A DNA stretch of 64,000 nucleotides from Anaeramoeba ignava BMAN (Eukaryota > Protista > Anaeramoebae). The notes beneath the pieces are model-generated. The model searched no databases. It was not told the origin of the DNA and saw only the letters and a program-made list of their open reading frames with translations. The DNA is taken from contig JAPDFW010000139.1 of NCBI GenBank assembly GCA_028826165.1, forward strand, positions 1 through 64,000. The letters are read 5' to 3'. The translations under genes and the position numbers were made by a program. Positions within the stretch are counted from its first letter, which is position 1; each line of letters opens with the position of its first letter. This document shows positions 59,701 to 64,000 of the stretch, one piece after another.

Positions 59701-62700
59701 TTTCTTTTGGCTTTTCTTCAATTATATCCTTTGGTTTTTCTTTAATTATTTCTTTTGGTTTTTCTTTAATAATTTCTTTGGGTTTTTCTTCAACTTCTTG
59801 AATTATATCTTTTGGTTTTTCTTTAATTATTTCTTTTGGTTTTTCTTCAATTATTTCTTTTGGTTTTTCTTCAATTATATCTTTTGGCTTTTCTTCAATT
59901 ATTTCTTTTGGTTTTTCTTTAACTATTTCTTTTGGTTTTTCTTTAACTATTTCTTTTGGTTTTTCTTTAATTATTTCTTTTGGCTTTTCTTCAATTATAT
60001 CTTTTGGTTTTTCTTTAATTATTTCTTTTGGTTTTTCTTTAATAATTTCTTTGGGTTTTTCTTCAACTTCTTGAATTATATCTTTGGGTTTTTCTTCAAT
60101 TATTTCTTTTGGCTTTTCTTCAATTATATCTTTTGGTTTTTCTTCAATTATATCTTTTGGTTTTTCTTTAACTATTTCTTTTGATTTTTCTTCAATTATA
60201 TCTTTTGGCTTTTCTTCAATAATTTCTTTTGGTTTTTCTTCAACTATTTCTTTTGGCTTTTCTTTAATTATTTCTTTTGGTTTTTCTTTAATTATTTCTT
60301 TTGGTTTTTCTTTAATTATTTCTTTTGGTTTTTCTTTAATTATTTCTTTTGGTTTTTCTTTAATTATTTCTTTTGGTTTTTCTTCAATTATTTCTTTTGG
60401 TTTTTCTTCAATTATTTCTTTTGGTTTTTCTTCAATTATATCTTTTGGCTTTTCTTCAACTTCTTGAATTTCTTTAATTTCAATTTTTTGAATATAATCT
60501 GTTGGAACAATTCCTTCTTTTCCTTCTTTGTTTCTAACAAGTGTCCATTCTTCTTGATCTTCAATTTTATAAACAATTTCTCCTTCATTTGCATTTAATT
60601 CTTCAGGATTTTCAGCAATAAAAGAAAATAATAATTTATATTACTTTGGTTCAATTATATCTTTGGGTTTTTCTTGAATTTCTTTAATTTCAATTTTTTG
60701 AATATAATCTGTTGGAACAATTCCTTCTTTTCCTTCTTTGTTTCTAACAAGTGTCCATTCTTCTTGATCTTCAATTTTATAAACAATTTCTCCTTCATTT
60801 GCATTTAATTCTTCAGGATTTTCAGCAATAAAAGAAAATAATAATTTATATTGTTCTTCTTTAACTTCAATTTTGGTTTCAATTATATCTTTGGGTTTTT
60901 CTTCAATTTCTTGAATTTCAATTTTTTGAATATAATCTGTTGGAACAATTCCTTGTTTTCCTTCTTGATTTCTAACAAGTGTCCATTCTTCTTGATCTTC
61001 AATTTTATAAACAATTTCTCCTTCATTTGCATTTAATTCTTCAGGATTTTCAGCAATAAAAGAAAATAATAATTTATATTGTTCTTCTTTAACTTCAATT
61101 TTGGTTTCAATTATTTCTTTTGGTTTTTCTTCAATTTCTTGAATTTCAATTTTTTGAATATAATCTGTTGGAACAATTCCTTGTTTTCCTTCTTGATTTC
61201 TAACAAGTGTCCATTCTTCCATATCTTTAATTTTATAAACAATTTCTCCTTCATTTGCATTTAACCTAATTTTGGTTTCAATTATTTCTTTTGGTTTTTC
61301 TTCAATTTCTTGAATTTCAATTTTTTGAATATAATCTGTTGGAACAATTCCTTGTTTTCCTTCTTGATTTCTAACAAGTGTCCATTCTTCCATATCTTTA
61401 ATTTTATAAACAATTTCTCCTTCATTTGCATTTAATTCTTCTTCACTTTCAGCAATAAAAGAATATAATAATTTATATTGTTCTTCTTTAACTTCAATTT
61501 TGGTTTCAATTATATCTTTGGATTTTTCTTTAATTATATCTTTGGGTTTTTCTTCAATTATATCTTTGGGTTTTTCTTTAATTATATCTTTTGGTTTTTC
61601 TTCAATTATTTCTTTTGGTTTTTCTTCAATTATATCTTTTGGTTTTTCTTTAATAATTTCTTTTGGTTTTTCTTGAATTATTTCTTTTGGTTTTTCTTCA
61701 ATTATTTCTTTTGGTTTTTCTTCAATTATATCTTTTGGCTTTTCTTCAATTATTTCTTTTGGTTTTTCTTTAATAATTTCTTTGGGTTTTTCTTCAACTT
61801 CTTGAATTATATCTTTTGGTTTTTCTTCAATTATTTCTTTTGGCTTTTCTTCAACTTCTTGAATTTCTTGAATTTCAATTTTTTGAATATAATCTGTTGG
61901 AACAATTCCTTGTTTTCCTTCTTTGTTTCTAACAAGTGTCCATTCTTCCATATCTTTAATTTTATAAACAATTTCTCCTTCATTTGCATTTAATTCTTCA
62001 GGATTTTCTGCAATAAAAGAATATAATAATTTATATTGTTCTTCTTTAACTTCAATTTTGGTTTCAATTATATCTTTTGGTTTTTCTTCAATTATTTCTT
62101 TTGGTTTTTCTTCAATTATTTCTTTTGGTTTTTCTTTAATTACTTCTTTTGGTTTTTCTTCAATTATTTCTTTTGGTTTTTCTTTAATTATTTCTTTTGG
62201 TTTTTCTTCAATTATTTCTTTTGGTTTTTCTTCAATTATATCTTTTGGCTTTTCTTCAACTTCTTGAATTTCTTGAATTTCAATTTTTTGAATATAATCT
62301 GTTGGAACAATTCCTTCTTTTCCTTCTTGATTTCTAACAAGTGTCCATTCTTCTTGATCTTCAATTTTATAAACAATTTCTCCTTCATTTACATTTAATT
62401 CCTCTTCACTTTCTGCAATAAAAGAAAATAATAATTTATATTGTTCTTCTTTAACTTCAATTTTGGTTTCAATTATATCTTTTGGTTTTTCTTCAATTAT
62501 ATCTTTGGGTTTTTCTTTAATAATTTCTTTGGGTTTTTCTTCAATTATTTCTTTTGGTTTTTCTTCAATTATTTCTTTTGGTTTTTCTTTAATTATTTCT
62601 TTAGGTTTTTCTTCAATTATTTCTTTTGGTTTTTCTTCAACTTCTTGAATTTCTTTAATTTCAATTTTTTGAATATAATCTGTTGGAACAATTCCTTGTT

Positions 62701-64000
62701 TTCCTTCTTTGTTTCTAACAAGTGTCCATTCTTCTTGATCTTCAATTTTATAAACAATTTCTCCTTCGTTTGCATTTAATTCTTCTTCACTTTCAGCAAT
62801 AAAAGAAAATAATAATTTATATTGTTCTTCTTTAACTTCAATTTTGGTTTCAATTATATCTTTGGGTTTTTCTTCAATTATATCTTTGGGTTTTTCTTTA
62901 ATTATATCTTTTGGTTTTTCTTCAATTATTTCTTTTGGTTTTTCTTCAATTATTTCTTTTGGTTTTTCTTCAATTATTTCTTTTGGTTTTTCTTCAACTT
63001 CTTGAATTTCTTTAATTTCAATTTTTTGAATATAATCTGTTGGAACAATTCCTTCTTTTCCTTCTTGATTTCTAACAAGTGTCCATTCTTCTTGATCTTC
63101 AATTTTATAAACAATTTCTCCTTCATTTGCATTTAATTCTTCTTCACTTTCAGCAATAAAAGAAAATAATAATTTATATTGTTCTTCTTTAACTTCAATT
63201 TTGGTTTCAATTATATCTTTGGGTTTTTCTTCAATTATTTCTTTTGGTTTTTCTTCAATTATATCTTTGGGTTTTTCTTTAATTATTTCTTTTGGTTTTT
63301 CTTTAATAATTTCTTTAGGTTTTTCTTTAATTATTTCTTTTGGTTTTGGAGGAAGTTCTTGAATTTCAATTTTTTGAATATAATCTGTTGGAACAATTCC
63401 TTCTTTTCCTTCTTGATTTCTAACAAGTGCCCATTCTCCCATATCTTTAACTTTATAAACAATTTCTCCTTCATTTGCATTTAATTCTTCTTTAGCTTCA
63501 GCGATAAAAGTGTATAATAATTTATATTGTTCTTCTTTAACTTCAATTTTGGTTTGAATTATATCTTTGGGTTTTTCTTTAATTATTTCTTTGGGTTTTT
63601 CTTCAACTTCTTTAATTTCTTGAATTTCTTTAATTTCAATTTTTTGAATATAATCTGTTGGAACAATTCCTTCTTTTCCTTCTTGGTTTCTAACAAGTGT
63701 CCATTCTTCTTGATCTTCAATTTTATAAACAATTTCTCCTTCATTTGCATTTAATTCTTCTTCACTTTCAGCAATAAAAGAAAATAATAATTTATATTGT
63801 TCTTCTTTAACTTCAATTTTGGTTTCAATTATATCTTTGGGTTTTTCTTCAATTATATCTTTTGGTTTTGGAGGAAGTTGAATATCTTTTGGTTTTGGAG
63901 GAAGTTGAATATCTTTTGGTTTTGGAGGAAGTTGAATATCTTTTGGTTTTGGAGGAAGTTGAATATCTTTTGGTTTTGGAGGAAGTTGAATATCTTTAGG
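56767..64000 (-). CDS. Giant multi-SH3 repeat protein (at least 16 SH3) with C-terminal coiled coil; starts beyond the window
   Basis: YKLL(Y/F)SFIAE..EELN.NEGEIV..W..V.N.EGK.GIVPT.YI repeated 16 times (one N-terminally truncated at about 61265), separated by EEKPKEII (24 nt) and LPPKPKDIQ (27 nt) arrays. Frame breaks at about 60642 and 57005. Confidence 0.9.

Noticed and set aside
58085-63754. Repeated plus-strand F/N-rich ORFs
   Set aside because: Antisense shadows of the SH3 repeat gene.

Overview
Extremely AT-rich, intron-containing eukaryotic (protist) nuclear DNA, standard genetic code, GT-AG introns. The AATCAA/AAAATT microsatellite load, Asn/Gln-rich proteins and one-repeat ankyrin exon suggest an Anaeramoeba-like metamonad, but this is inference only. 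About 16 protein-coding genes were rebuilt by hand across introns: BTB/coiled-coil/ankyrin protein, CSC1/OSCA channel, divergent Rab5-like GTPase, two inverted Cdc25 paralogues, cathepsin D-like protease, ASNSD1, INCENP, LIN9/ALY, WDR1/AIP1, an F-box plus multi-TM protein, a dual-specificity phosphatase, RNPC3 (U11/U12-65K), PA28, a USP and a giant protein with at least 16 SH3 domains. Features the ORF track misses: (1) a fossil L1-like retrotransposon at about 350-3570, almost stripped of G/C; (2) clustered Myb/MSA-like YAACG motifs in the Cdc25 and INCENP/LIN9 promoters, suggesting a Myb-MuvB G2/M regulon, while most other genes have tandem TCATTT initiator-like motifs; (3) an inverted Cdc25 duplication flanking about 22 kb; (4) three unrelated tandem arrays with 145-154 bp periods; (5) introns inflated by intron-specific simple repeats, several with A-rich 3' splice sites. 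Several frameshifts lie in homopolymers or repeats and are probably assembly errors. Most ORFs in the supplied track are spurious microsatellite readings.
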